Below are positions 34,863 through 48,529 of a DNA stretch of 64,000 nt, one piece after another. Numbering within the stretch: position 1 is the first letter of the stretch; each line of letters opens with the position of its first letter. Below the pieces are notes generated by a model. It was given only the letters and a program-made list of their open reading frames with translations. It searched no databases and had not been told where the DNA came from. The translations under genes were made by a program, and so were the position numbers. The DNA is from Oikopleura dioica. Its lineage: Eukaryota; Animalia; Chordata. The stretch spans positions 9,920,001-9,984,000 of the forward strand of contig OU015567.1 in the NCBI GenBank assembly GCA_907165135.1. Direction: 5' to 3'.

Positions 34863-37800
34863 ATGACGCACTCGGCATGCCTCCCGTCCTTCGGCACGTC
34901 CAATTGTCGCCAGTTTGCCGAGAACATCTTCGACAAGTCGAAATGCAAGAACTGCATGAAGCCACGCGAAGATCACGTCGGCCTGGGTAAGAATTACTGT
35001 CATTCGATGAAAAAATAGTTTTGTATCTATCAGGCACAACGAAATTTTCTATGACAAGTTGTCATGACAGCTTTTATAAAAAAATGATATCATGGAAGAG
35101 AAATTTCTTTTATTTTGTTACTGAGGGGGCATGCTATTAAACCATCGAACCATTTAAGCTACTATCATTAGAGACGTCAACGAGCTTCAAATTTTTGAAC
35201 GTTCAATCTTGTGGGAAATCTACCCGCCCTTATCTCTACATACAGGGCTGAGCTATTGTGAGAAACAATCATTAGGATAGGACCTAATTTATATGCAAAG
35301 CTTCTGCGCCCCTCCTTATGATGCTAATTTGAGCACTACCATCCCTAATTTTAAATTCCTCGCGTCCGTTAAATTTAGGCCTTGGTTTCGGCCTTAATTT
35401 GGGGGTAGTTGAAGGAAAAGTATCAGTATAAATAACATCAAGACTGCTTCCGGTGGTTATATGATAGTTTCCCACAACATGTGCATTCAATATTTTCCCT
35501 TCGACGTCAATTTGGCTACGGACCAGAGCCTCAGCTTTTGGACTTTCATGACTGTCCAGAAGCTCGCGCCAATATTTGCGAAATAATAGCCACCCCATTT
35601 GTGATGCAAATTATATTTTCTAAAGTGTCCCGCTTTCCCAGGTGTCTCAATGTGTTACTGACGTATAAAGACATCAAATGATATCGTATCGATGTCGATT
35701 AGCCATCATTGTTTCTTTTAGCGTCTGCTGTCGTAAGGGCTAAGCCGGTACATTATGGATGGTTAGGACTTGCTCCACCAGGGTGGAGTGTCGGCGCTGG
35801 TCGCCGATGGCAACGCAGGTTTTTCATCCTCTTCGATTTGGGCACACTTTCCTGGGCACTTGACGACAACGCGGGCACCGAACCAGCTGGATCCATTGAC
35901 TTGAACAAGCCGTTTTCAGTTGAGAAAGCGGAGAATCTCACGCAGCTTCCAAATACCATCTGTATGTTCAATTCTTGATCTACATATTTATCATTCGATA
36001 GGTATAACGTCCAAAGATGATGGCAGCCAGATCTTGGTCCGATCGGATAACAGTGAAGAGTTCATTTTCTGGTTCAAGAGCATGCAAAAAATGATTGCAG
36101 ATTGCGAGGAAAAGGCAAAGGAAGACAAGCGGAAGAAGAAGATGCTGGTAAGTGCGCTAATTAGTTGCTAAGAAAGATGAGTAAACAGTTTATTAACATC
36201 TTCTATCCATAGCAAAACGCCGAGGTAAGGCAGTTTTCGAGCTGAAATAAAACTGTGATTATTTCCGCAAATTGACGGGTCGCGCGCAGCTTCAAAATCT
36301 TCCCAGAGATTTTCAAGATGCGCTGCCTCTTTAGAAATTTGGATTTGTCAGAGATTTGTAATTTGAAAATTCCATTCTTGATTGCAACTGATTTTCATTA
36401 TTATCGAAGGATATTTTTGTAAGAAAAGAGCTTATCGGTTGTTTGGTACAATCGCCGATAAGGGCTTTTGATCTTGTTTCGTCTTTATAAGTACATTTTC
36501 GGGACTATGTCTGACTAGCGTGTATCCTTAGGCAAACAGACGACGACATCACACAGTTTCGGTGACTGCGACGAACAGTGCACTCGCTGAGGCCCGGACG
36601 AGTTTCAACCGCGAGCGGCGCCATCAAACCATGACAAACAGCTCCGTGAGTAGTGTTTGGACACAGGTAAATTTCATCTGGTGCACTTTCTTTGGTGATC
36701 CGGGTGATATTTACTGCTTTAACTTTTTCTCTCGACTGCCTTACTTTTTGATAAACTTGACCGCCTCGCGCTCGAGTTTGAAGGTCAATCAAATGCTTAT
36801 TTGGACAATTTATCAAAAGAAGGGCAGTTCTATTTTATTTTACGAACACTTGAAAGAATTTCAAATCTGTACTCTTTGTTGATTTCAATCGTAAAATAAA
36901 ATAAATTCATTCTGGTGAGTTGAAGAATATTGAAATTGGATGAACTTTGGCTCGCTTTTAACTGTTTTGAACGTTAACAATTTCATTTTTTCTTCCGCCC
37001 TAGAATTTTCCTTCGATAAATCGTTATTTCATTTTCCTAGGGCGGCCTCACAAAACGCGAAAGACCAACTTCCCTCGCCACTACCATTCCTGTTCAATCA
37101 TCCGCTCCTCCTACTCCTACAGGTAAGCCAACATGTGACCTACATGTTTCATGTAGTTACAGTTGTAGTTTACAGTCAATCCAGTAAATCAACGAAAGTT
37201 TTTCTGACAAATACACCTTCCTCCCGGCATTTTAAAGATAATAACCGGAAACTATTGCGGCTAATTTGGCCAGCTGTAGAATGTGATCCTTGTTGAAATT
37301 TCATTTCAGCGACGCTCAATCTAATTTGACTCCCTCGGATTTAAACTTTACTGTTTGGCTCGATTAGATACGCTCAGAGCAAACTCGTTCAAGGTCAAAT
37401 GGTTGCACCTTGCAATTCTTGCACGATTTCGCATTTAAACAGTTATCACTTGTGATAGCCTAATTAGGCCACCTAGTAAATAATTATCACCATTTCTCGA
37501 GGAATTTGATGTTTGTCAGAAAGTGAAGTTGATTTCTTTATCACTCGTACTCTGTTTGTATTTGAGCGAGTACGGTGGCAACGGTGATTAACCCAAAAAC
37601 GCACAATCGCAATGTCTGTAATCTCAATGTCACTACGCGTCGAGTTATCCTGACAGTATCTGTGGGATAACTCGACGCTGTCGAATCGATACCTTCTTCA
37701 AGCTAACAATATGCCAATTGAAATTTTGATACCTTCAACGATTCGCATTCATTTCTCGTGAACTTACGCAGCTACAGTTGACCTTCAAGCAAACTTTCGA

Positions 37801-40800
37801 TATCGTGAAAAATGCGGAAGTCGAAATGATTCCCATTTCGCATTTCAGCACATTTTCTTTTCCTTGGCCTTTGTGGCTTCGAGATGGTTTCGATTCAATC
37901 AACAGTTTTGTGATTTTTACCCACGCCCTGACACTGATTGTCTAGGGAGCGGACTAACACCAGCTTTATGTCGTCTTGTCTCTCCACAAGCTCTACCGAT
38001 TCTAGAAAATGACAAGCCAACGAGCCCGGATCACAAATCGACCAGTCCCACTGGTCTCACGCCTTCTGCGTCTTCAAGAGCTGAAGTCGACCGACTCGGG
38101 CGCAAAGATCGACGAATTCAAAGCTCGCGCATCGCAGAATCTTACAATCGTCCTTATACCTCTAGCACCTCCACATCTTCGTATTCTGGGCGTAGCGCGT
38201 CTGGTGAGTGAACTTCCTGTTCTTCGAATTCAGTAGCTCTTGAACGCGTTATTGATTCACCTTTTAGTTGATCGACGTGTGAACTACGGCGCAGAAGCTC
38301 GTGCCAGGACGGCATCTTCAGACGCCGCCAGCCCCTTGAAGGCATCCTGGCTGTCCCTCGTCAACGCAAGTGGCTTCGCCGAGGCGGCGTCGCAAGTCGA
38401 TACCTCCTCCTCGAATCGTATGTGGTTTACCTTGTTGCCCAGTCGCCTCATTGCCTACGCCAGCCCATCGAGTTCGTCTGTTCTCTTTGAACTCGAGCTG
38501 CGCAAGGCTACAGTGAAATCTTACGATGGAGAGAAGAACAAATACGCCTGTTTCATCGTTTCTTCGGCCGAGAAAGCGCTCACGATCGGCGCACTGACCG
38601 AAAAGATCCGACGAAATTGGATTGAAACACTCGAAGACGCAATCAACGCAAAGGGATCGAGATCGAGCTCGATTTCTAGCTCCAGTGATCAACCCGGAGC
38701 AGATATTACCAATCTGCCTCCAAAATCCGCCACCACCGAGTTCTTCTCGCGGCAGTTCCTCATCCATGACATCTTCCTCTTCAGTGGCGACCAGCGTGCT
38801 GAGCTCGTCCGCCTTTTCCGACCAAAACCGAGTGCCTCCAGTCTTTTCCGAAATTACACCGACCGCAGTAGTACGACCCCAAGAAGTCGTCAAGCCAACG
38901 AGTACGACGGAACCCGAAGTTACCGATCCGCTAGCGCTAAAAGTGACCTCCCGAGATTCTCCACCGCTCAGAAGAAGACGCAATCGAGATCGACGAGATC
39001 GTGGAGATCGGTCAAAGACTCTCGATCCTTCTGAGATCTCTCGGATCATCCAACGCAGGAATGTTTGCTCAATTGCATTTCATAATCTTTTTTACCAAGA
39101 TGGCTTGGTAATTAAAATCACTAGTTATTACTTGTTGATAAGATAAGGAAGCACGCGTTGGGACTTTTCTAGTGACATAAAAAAGAGAATGACGTTTCTT
39201 CTCTTCCGAAAGTAATAAATTTGAGAGAGTCTCGTTTACAGGACCAGCTAAAAATGATTGATGCAGTAATAAACAAGTTTTCTGTCCATATTCATCAAAT
39301 ATAAAATTTCTTGATCTTTTGAATCAGCGATATAACTTTCTTTAGCTGCGTAAAATCGATCATAATCGACGCTTTGTGGCTCATAAGAAAAGTTTAAGTT
39401 ACAGTAATTTAATCGATAACAAGGTCAATTTTACCGTGGACCTTCATAAATTCGCTAATAAAGAGACGCTGAGTTACAGCGTGTGAAATCAGAACACGCA
39501 ACTTTTGCATGTGTTGATTTGTAGCCTTTTTCGAAATAGAAAATCCTGTTCGATCATGTCTGTCCGGGCTGGTACGCTCTGGTAAAAGACGTTTCTAGTG
39601 TTCCTAATTTCATTAACAACTCAACGCTTGTTTGACGTAGCGAAGGTGCCAAAAAGTAATTTTCTTTAGTCAATTTTGCCATTTGATGCTATAGTGTTGA
39701 GATATTTTCGAGAAGTTGACTAAATCATCCTCAATCATACTCTTGTGGAAACCACCTGCTAACCACATGGCAAGAGGAAAAGCCCCAAGAACCCCTCTTG
39801 CCTCCCCTTGCGACGCATTCTTCCACCACAACTCGTAAATTTTAGTCCTTTAAACACCTCGTCAGAGGCGCGCTCCTCGGGTATATAACATTCATTGAGG
39901 CTCGTTAGGGTTTCAAATTGATAAAAATGGACTTGAAAAATTCGCGTTTGAAATCGTGCTGGAGACGGCAAGTTCTCCGGCGGCGTTTTGCCGAGGATGT
40001 TGACTTAGAGAAGCCCGTTTCCTCACGATTACTTGATCTGCGAGCTGCCAGAAAGGCTCGGTAAGAAAGCCCCTTCAAAACTTATTCGTAAACTTCCCTT
40101 TTTAAAGAGAAAACAACTCTTCCAACGTTTCTACGCCCGACAGCGGGTTTGGAGATGAGGACTACCAAAGACCTACCATAGAACAATCATTGAGCAAACC
40201 TGAAAGTGATTTTGAAAAGACTACAACGGAAAACAAGAGCTCTTCTCCAGTAACTGCGCCGGCTGTCGACATCTGGAAAATGATTCAGGAACGAAAGCCG
40301 GAGCATAAAACAGCGAAAATTGAGGTAAATGATTCCTCCTAGAGTTTCTTATCTAATCCAATAATTCAGAACGGAAAGGACAACTCGGAACAACTCAAAG
40401 GCTTGGAACAGGAAAATCACCGATTGAGGTACTTTCATTTAGATTTTTCTCAAACTAATTACTCTTCTAGGGACGAACTAGCTAACACATGTCCGAAAAG
40501 CGAACTCAACGAGCTGAGGCGAAAACTGGAAGCAGCTGAAAGCGAGATTACTGATCTAAAAGCGCACGCCTCTCGCCGCCCCGCGCTGAAAGGTTTGTTT
40601 TATACTTTCTAAGCTTATTCTTTGCATGCTGCATGATATCTCGATCGAGAATAGCCATATTTTTCACATAGTCCTTGTTGTATTCCCAAGCGCTCATTAT
40701 GATGATGCTATTGCGAATCATCTGAGCTCTTTCTAGCGACAATAGAAAAAGTTAGAACAATGCATGAATAATCTAAACCGCCGCATGTTTTCCTCTTTCA

Positions 40801-43720
40801 TTCGCAAGACTCCTTTACAATGCTCCACGGCCATCCCTTTCCCCTGAAAAGTAACCACCGCACACATTCATCACCGGGCGTTCGTTCTGCGCAACCCAAT
40901 CGCTTCATTAGTCATATTTTTCTCTCATCATTCATATTTTCTCTCACTCACACGCTCCAGTAGTAGATAGAAGCTTCTTTTCCATCCTCTTTCGCGCTGC
41001 AATTCATAAATCATCAGCTAACGAGTAATAACGGCGTAAATTATGTTTTTATTCCGCAGGAGCTCGGAGATCAGAGATCAGGAAATGTCGCTACAGTCCC
41101 AGTTGCGCGAGATTGAGAGAGAAATCGGCCAAAACCACACTCGCCTCGGGGCATTGCTTCAGCGACGACACTCGAACTCACATTCCTGCAGGTGCACCCT
41201 TTATTAAAAGACATAGAACAGACCCCAGTTGGTTCAAACTTGTAGAAATTCTTTATGAAAACAAATCAGTGTTCATGCTACTTGTCAGAGAGTTGCATCA
41301 ACAACTAACATAAATAACTGTAAATGACTGTATCTTTGGTAAACTTGACTCTCAGAGACGAATCGTCTGGAGACGGGGAAATCTTCTCGACGCCGCCGAG
41401 CAGTCCCCAACCAGTAACTAACTTGCCAGTTCAATCACAAGCGAGGTACAGTAGCTCATCACAATAACAACTTCACGTATTTCAATGTCTAACAACAGGA
41501 CCCAATAATAAGCTACCAAAACAGTATTTAAAGCGTTGAAACGAGCATAATTTTATGCCGGAAAGTGGCATTTAGTCGGAAGGCAGCGTAAAATTTCGCG
41601 ACCTTTGGCGGGGCCTCCTTCCTCGACGGGTATTTATGTATGCACGGGAGATTGGCACACGGTGTGGCTCGTTGGTCTAGGGGTATGATTCGCGCTTCGG
41701 GTGCGCGAGGTCCCGGGTTCAATTCCCGGACGAGCCCTGTCTTTTGCCTCTTTTATACTGTACTCTTACAGTACTGCAAGTACTAAGATCAAAGTCCCGA
41801 AAGTAGTTTCAGAGGATCATTTCCCATATTGAAACTTAGGTCCGTAAATTTTCAACTTTCTCATCCTCTTTTTGGCTATTCTCGACTATTTATCTTTTCA
41901 AAACTGTGTCATTGCAAGTTTAACACTCTTGTTTCAGTATTGACAGGAGCCGCTTGAAAGGGCTTGAATCTGACGTTGCGCGTCTTCAACTGGCCCTTGA
42001 CGATTCCGTCGCTGCTTCAAAAGAATCCGCCAAACAGTTCAAAGCCGACTTATCTGCTGGTAATTTGAAAACAAACTCCTCCTCTTCTTCAGCCCTTCCT
42101 CTGAAGCCGCGCTGGCGTCGATTGAGAAAACCTATTCCAATCCGCTACTCGTGCCACTAAGAGAATATTTATAAATAACACACTTCAAACACTCTTTCTA
42201 TCACACTCAACTAACACTAAATAAACCCGTCTTTTGGGTACTAGTAAATCTTTCTTCTATTCTTTCTTCTTTCATTTTCAACTTTTCGATTCAGATATAA
42301 ATAGGTGATAAGTTTCGAAAAATGTTTTCAGGCCAAAAAATCACTTTTTAACTGTTAGTGCCATCTTCACCGCCGTTTCAAACCGAGTCGAACGGTATAT
42401 GTATCTCTTGAAAATTCTAGAGTTTCGGGTACTTCCGGTCAAATTTACGAAATTCTAGTTTTCCACTGCCGTTTTTGATACAGAAATGGTACTATGGCAT
42501 ATAGCATGTCAAAATGACCGCTAAGAGGTGAGGAGTGCAGGGTCTCAAAAAATAAGTACTTTTGCAAAGAAAAGTACCTAAAAATAATTATTTTGAGATT
42601 TTTAGCACTAAAAATATCAATTATTAATTTTTCGGGCAGAAAGCAGATGGATAATCAAATTTTATCTCTTATAAATAAATCTACAAAGAAAACTACATTT
42701 AAATCGAAAATTTCTTGAAATTTGATATTTTTAGTGCTAAAAATCACAAAATAATTATTTTTAGGTACTCTTCTTTGCAAAAGTACTTGTTTTTTGAGAC
42801 CCCTGCACTCCTCACGTCTTAGCGGTCATTTTGACATGCTATATGCCATAGTACCATTTCTGTATCAAAAACGGCAGTGGAAAACTAGAATTTCGCAACT
42901 TGACCGGAAGTACCCGAAACTCTAGAATTTTCAAGAGATACATATACCGTTCGACTCGGTTTGAGACGGCGGTGAAGATGGCACTAACAGTTAAAAAGTG
43001 ATTTTTGGCATGAAAACATTTTCGAAACATATCAGGTTGATCAATGATTATTCAAAGAAATATGCAAATAACTAGCATTTTTGTTTATTCCAAAAACAAT
43101 CAATCGCGAAATAATTTGTTATTTTTCCAGATTCACGAAAATTGCTTCGCTCTGGTAAAATCACTCAATTGATCATTTTTCTGACATCTGTCAGATCTAT
43201 CCGCGTGACGGTTTCATTATATTTTTTCTCTTATTTTTCGTTTATTCATTTGCCAAAGAATCAGAAATGATATTTTCGATAGTATTTTCACTTCTTTTTG
43301 GCACAGTTACGCTTCGGCATGGAAAACAGGGTTGAACTTTTGTTTTCTTTGATTTTAAATTTTCCTTCAGAAAAATCTCGTCGACGAGAAGCAGAGGCAG
43401 AAAATGACGATTTGAAAAGACGGCTTCAAGCGTCCGAGGCGGAGCGAAAAGCACTTGAATCAGAGTTCAAATCAAAATCCGAGAGAAAAGACGATGAGCT
43501 TCAGAGGCTCAGGGCAGAACTTGACGGGCTCAAGAAACTTATGTCGGATGATCTTCAAGTCGCGGTCGACTCAATCGCCACCAGAGGACCTTATATAAAT
43601 ATAGACGTAAGTTGGAGCACCGATTTCCAATGGGCTAAAAAGCTGCTTCAGAGTCCACTTACCGATGTTGAAAGCCAAATTCTTCAAGCAATAAAGGTTC
43701 AATCGCGGCTGCACACCTAA
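34863..43720 (+). CDS. MPRIP: Myosin phosphatase Rho-interacting protein / TRIOBP / Outspread-like (two PH domains plus coiled coil)
   Basis: N-terminus CRQFAENIFDKSKCKNCMKPREDH; PH1 AKPVHYGWL.LAP..RRWQRRFFIL; PH2 ending IGALTEKIRRNWIETL; C-terminal coiled-coil exons at 40200-43720. Confidence 0.88.
41666..41737 (+). tRNA. tRNA-Pro (CGG), intronic in the MPRIP-like gene
   Basis: GGCTCGTTGGTCTAGGGGTATGATTCGCGCTTCGGGTGCGCGAGGTCCCGGGTTCAATTCCCGGACGAGCCC; 72 nt, followed by a TTTT run. Confidence 0.97.
42306..43034. mobile_element. ~730 bp foldback element (~310 bp inverted arms, ~100 bp spacer), intronic
   Basis: 42306-~42620 is the near-perfect reverse complement of ~42720-43034. TSD not clear (GG on both sides). 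Confidence 0.88.
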
Positions 43721-43849
43721 GAAGACTAGTGAGACCAACAATTCCAAAAACTTAAATTAAAATATTTCCTTTTTCCCACTCAAGAAAAACAACATGAACC
43801 CATCGCTCAAAATCCAAAAGAAAAAAACAAAACCGAGCACCACGATGGT

Positions 43850-44586
43850 GTGCCTTCTCTTCTGTATCTATCTATTTTTGGTCCTCCTAAAGACTCTTCT
43901 AACGTACTCAAAATCACCTCAAAAGCGACTCGAAGTCGACTTCTGTTCAAGTTAACATAATGCATTCTGGCTGTTCCTCTCCGCAGTATCCTCTATATAA
44001 TGTAATTAAAATCCGCTAAAGTATTATAAATACAATTTCAAAAGGATAAATCTCTCGAAACAGAGGCATATCTTTCAATTTTCCTTTGTTTAATTAGGTC
44101 TGTTACAGGGCAGGGAATGCAATAATAGCTTTCAAAGACGATCTCATTATGATCCTCCTCTCCATGCTCCTTTCTTTGGGCAGCGACCCGAATAAGATTA
44201 ATAATCCTGCGCACATTCCTCATGCTTGTCGATTATTAAATTTTGAACAGGGCGTGGTGACTGGCATGCAAGGCGCCCCTTTCACAGAGAAAGTGCCTCC
44301 AGAATTCCAGCAGCTTGTCCAATAGTACTGTTACACTGTCTAAGTGAGCTTTACGAGAGGGCTGAAAAGAGCGTAACGCCCCGGGCGAAATAAACTCACG
44401 ACTGATGGACTTGTAGTAAACGCTATCGACCGGTGAGGACCACAACGGAGGGGCTTGGGATGGCCTTAGGCCACGCCGATTACCGTCAGACCCTTCTGGT
44501 TTGTTAGCCGAGCGGGTGGTAACGAAAACGACCAAACAGTCTGCGCTAATAAATACGAACAAAGTAGGAAGGAAAAGGGTAGTCAT
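43850..44586 (-). CDS. Uncharacterised multi-exon protein
   Basis: Consecutive open exon-like stretches (44586-44255, 44223-44038, ~43990-43850) with globular composition. No family recognised. Confidence 0.4.
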
Positions 44587-45029
44587 GAGAGTCTTACATC
44601 GCAGGCGAGAGAATTTGAGAGCGTGAAATCAAGGAAGAAATGAAGGACTATGGTAAGTTTAATTCTCAAATAAACGATTGATCATTCAATCCCCCTAATT
44701 ATCATAGAGGTTCTATGATAGAACAAGCGTAGATTAAAATAAAGGATCAATACGAAAAGAATTTGAGTTGAATAATTTGAACGTGTAGAATATAATGTAG
44801 AAACAAGAAAATCTCATGTTCGACTACGGAATACATCAAGGATAGAATGCGCGCATATTTTTCGAAACCGAGAGTTTCTTACTTTTACAAGAAACCATGA
44901 AATAATATATGATAACGAAAATTTATTATGAAAGAATTCTCCTTGCCGGTAGATAAAGATAAATGCGCCCCCAATTAACAAACAAAGGAGATAAGCCTCA
45001 GAAGCCCCTTAATAAGTAAACATTTCAGA

Positions 45030-47170
45030 GCAATCGTGACAATGAACTCCTCTATAATTACATTCCGAACCGGAAGTACGGTCTTCCAAAGCGCTCTCAA
45101 GCAGATTCCGAAGAAAAACAATGGTCAGCAGTCGATATTTTCGTAAACGAGGACACTCCTCAAGAGTCGTACTCGCAAGGTTATCTGAATGACAATCCGT
45201 CCGAGCATTACGAAGACGAGAATTTCGACGAGTTCGATCATGAATACGTCTATTTCAACAAGTAAGGAATCATTTTAGGGCCTTTTCTGACTTCAAAGGA
45301 GTCCGCTGGAGCATATAAAACATGTACCGCTAATCTCCACAAGCATAAAGCGTTTTATATACACACCAGCGATGGGCTCCCAAGTAACACAGTAACAGTG
45401 AGATCATCCTTCTTTTGCAGATCGAACACACCATCTGGCGGGGACATCTATATTCGGCGGCAGAGTCGCGAGTGCGAGACGATCATGGAAGAGGACGAGC
45501 ACGAAATGGTCGAGTTCCTCTCGACAAGAACCTCCAACGTCGCCTCCTCCCTCGGCCATAATCGATCGCCGGAGATCAGCCCTGCCAACACAGCCGCCCG
45601 CTTCTTCTCAAGAAAACAACAGCACCAAAACAATCAACAAAACCAGAGCCCCTTCAGAGTTGTAGAAATGCATCCTGCGCAGAAGCTACCGGATGATATG
45701 AGCATAGGTAAAATAGAACATCTAGTTTGTAAATTATAATTACAGATTATCTGTTTATGCTTCATAAATTCGCGATTATTGGTTTCCGCCATTATTTTTC
45801 GATCAATCAACGAAATATTTTCAAATGATTTATTTACTAATGACTCTTCTTGTTCTTTTCTCTGTCGAATGCGCTGATAAGATGCGGGAGGTCCTGCCGA
45901 GAGGACGGGGCGGCGCGGCGTAAATGTTGTTATCTTTCAAACTCTTAGACCCCTTTGCATCATTTTCTTTGATCAACCTTGTTTTCGCCGCGCTTGTCCG
46001 TTGGCAGCGGGCTCCGTTGCGTATAATATTAAATATTTTGATTGGCAATTAAAGAATATTGGCACAGGTAGAATATTTACAGGGGATAAATCAACGCACG
46101 TGAGGAAATGTAATCTGATTCTTACTTCTTGAATTAAGTGGATTCGCAAACTGAGAAAACTCTTCGCGACTATCCCTTCTACAACCAAATCAAATCGCAG
46201 GTGATGCACCTGCCCATCGAGCTCACCAACTCGGACTGGTCCGACGAGGCGAAGTTCTGCGACGAGCTGCGCAATCACGGTGCTCAGGAACGGGAGAAAA
46301 CTGATTTTCAAAAATGAATATTTTTCTGAAAAATATTCTATGTTTTTTTATTTGTTGTGTTGAGGATATGACCGTCATATCTTCTCGTGGATTTTTGTTG
46401 GTTGAGTTTTAACCCGTTGAAGGACACCGGCCGGTTAACGTATCACGAAATGCTACTCGCGTTTCGCCGGAGTCAGGGGAGCCGAGGATCGCGCTCCTCG
46501 AGTCGGGCTGGCAGTCGCGGAATCCCTACCTCCAATTCCTCCCACTCCGCCACCTCCAACAGCCAATCCACCAAGCAAACACCAAACCACACTGATGACG
46601 AGTCATTCCATTTTGATTACCTCCCCAATCAGGCCGCCACAAATCAGAGCCCGCCCGAGCAAAGTCGCCGGAACGACTTTCAAAAACACAAAATCCAGCC
46701 CGCGGATATTTCTTACGAGCCTGAACCATCGGAAGATGATTTCGCCTTCCCGCCACCGCCAGAAAAAGATGAGCCTGTCTACATTCGTCCGAGCTTCCCG
46801 GAAAAGAGGAATTCTCGGACGAGAAGGGCTAGAAGGGACAAATACACGCCACAAATAGCTAAATTCAAAAATGAGTCGGGCAAAATTCAATACGAGAATA
46901 ACCAGACACCTCTTGCGACGAAACGGGCTTACGATCAATCTGCGTATGGGTAAGTCTTTTTACTTTTCTTGCGTCGTTTTCCTGATTTCTCGTAAAATAA
47001 CGTGGGTTTCAGGCAATTTACACGTTCCTCGCGGTACCAAAGCTTCCCCAACTATCCACGGTATCGGCAGCCGGCCCGTCGCTCCGCCAAAAGTCAACCA
47101 CCTCTCGCGACCTACTGGCTCCTCGCCTTCCTCCTGTTCATGCTTATGTTCATATCCCTCTTTCCACTGA
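45030..47170 (+). CDS. Uncharacterised, largely low-complexity multi-exon protein
   Basis: GC-richer open exons at 45030-45261, 45420-45706, 46201-46280 and 46439-46950 with splice signals. Weak EF-hand-like DTGRLTYHEMLLAF. Confidence 0.45.
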
Positions 47171-47871
47171 TGTTCATGTGACCAGTCGCTTTAATCGGAT
47201 CACATGACAAGTTTTCGACAACTTCTGTAACACTCGCTTTCTAACACTAATTTATTAACTCGGGTATCTTAATATTTGTAAAAGTGTATCTCCCGCGCTT
47301 GTAAAAATTTATGTCTCGCTTCGTTATTATTTTTTTCTAAAAATGTTTGTTCCTGAACGATATTCAATAGTGTTTAAAACAGTTCAAATCTAATCTAAAC
47401 ATATTCAAGCCTGGATAGATAAAACCCTTGTCCGGCTTCTTAGGAATTTCTTATTTATGCAGTGAAATGCACAAACCCTTTTTAACATAATTTCTTAACA
47501 GCATCTTATTTTGCCAATTTCAAATTACTCGTGAAAATTGGCCATCTTTCGCCACTGCTGCAGGTTGAAGATTGGCATTTCGCGAATAACAACAAATAAA
47601 TAAACTTGAAAAATCATCTTATTGAGTTCTCTCTTGCAGGATTAACCGGTAAACAATTATTTTTTGGGGGATTTCGAAAATTGAGAGCATCATTCAATGA
47701 CATTCGGGCGGAGAAAGAGAGACGTTTTTTGGAAAGCTGGTATTTTAGGGTGGGGCTTTTCTTCGGAAGTCGTTACTGAAAATTAATTCTGAAAGACCCT
47801 TTGAAGTAATTTTTCTTTACAAACTTTGCACAGCTTTTTTTGCCAAGAAGATAATAAAAGTCACAGTCCTT

Positions 47872-48475
47872 GTGTGCGTTCCAGCTCTTGAGTCCGAATT
47901 AGAAAACGACCACAAAATATCCCTGTCGAAATTCGAAGAAGAACACGTTATACTCGAGCCTCAGTACTTTTCAGTTGCGAAGGAAGCACTTTGTCAGGGA
48001 ACGGAAGCGAGAAAACTCATTCAAAATGCTAAGCACAGCTCTGGAACGAGTTTTCACTGGTTTGACTGGTTTGTTTGATAAATCAAAATTATAAACTCGA
48101 AATTACAGACATCATTATTTTGCAAAAAGTGACGGAATTTCTCGAATATGAAGTTTTGTTGCGAGAAGATTTCGACTTTAGCTGTCTTGGAGGATCTTTA
48201 CTCAGATCTTTTCATGAAGGAAATAGCGGTCAGTTATTTCAATATTTGTAAAAAATAAAAAAAAACAACCAATATTTAGAAATTAAATTCTGCCCGTCAT
48301 CCTTTGCCGCGCGTGGTGAATTAATCCCGGAAAGCTTTGAAGGGCTGGATTTGCATCAGCCTGTTGGAAAGCTACTTACTGGCATTCTGCGAGTCCGGGG
48401 CGATTCTACGATTGAGTTTTCAGCTGCTGACTTTGTCCGGGTTACTGTCAATGATGATTTCAAGGATCAGATCTA
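47872..48475 (+). CDS. Uncharacterised multi-exon protein
   Basis: Three short open exons separated by ~50-60 nt introns. No domain recognised. Confidence 0.35.
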
Positions 48476-48529
48476 AAACAAGACATTTTTAAAGACGAAA
48501 AAACATTTTTTGATCCGTTTTAGGCCGCA

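Noticed and set aside
38318-39146. Long alternative-frame and antisense ORFs (243 aa minus, 174 aa plus)
   Set aside because: They overlap the GC-rich MPRIP PH2 exon and the following Ser/Pro-rich exon; explained by splicing frame change and antisense shadowing.
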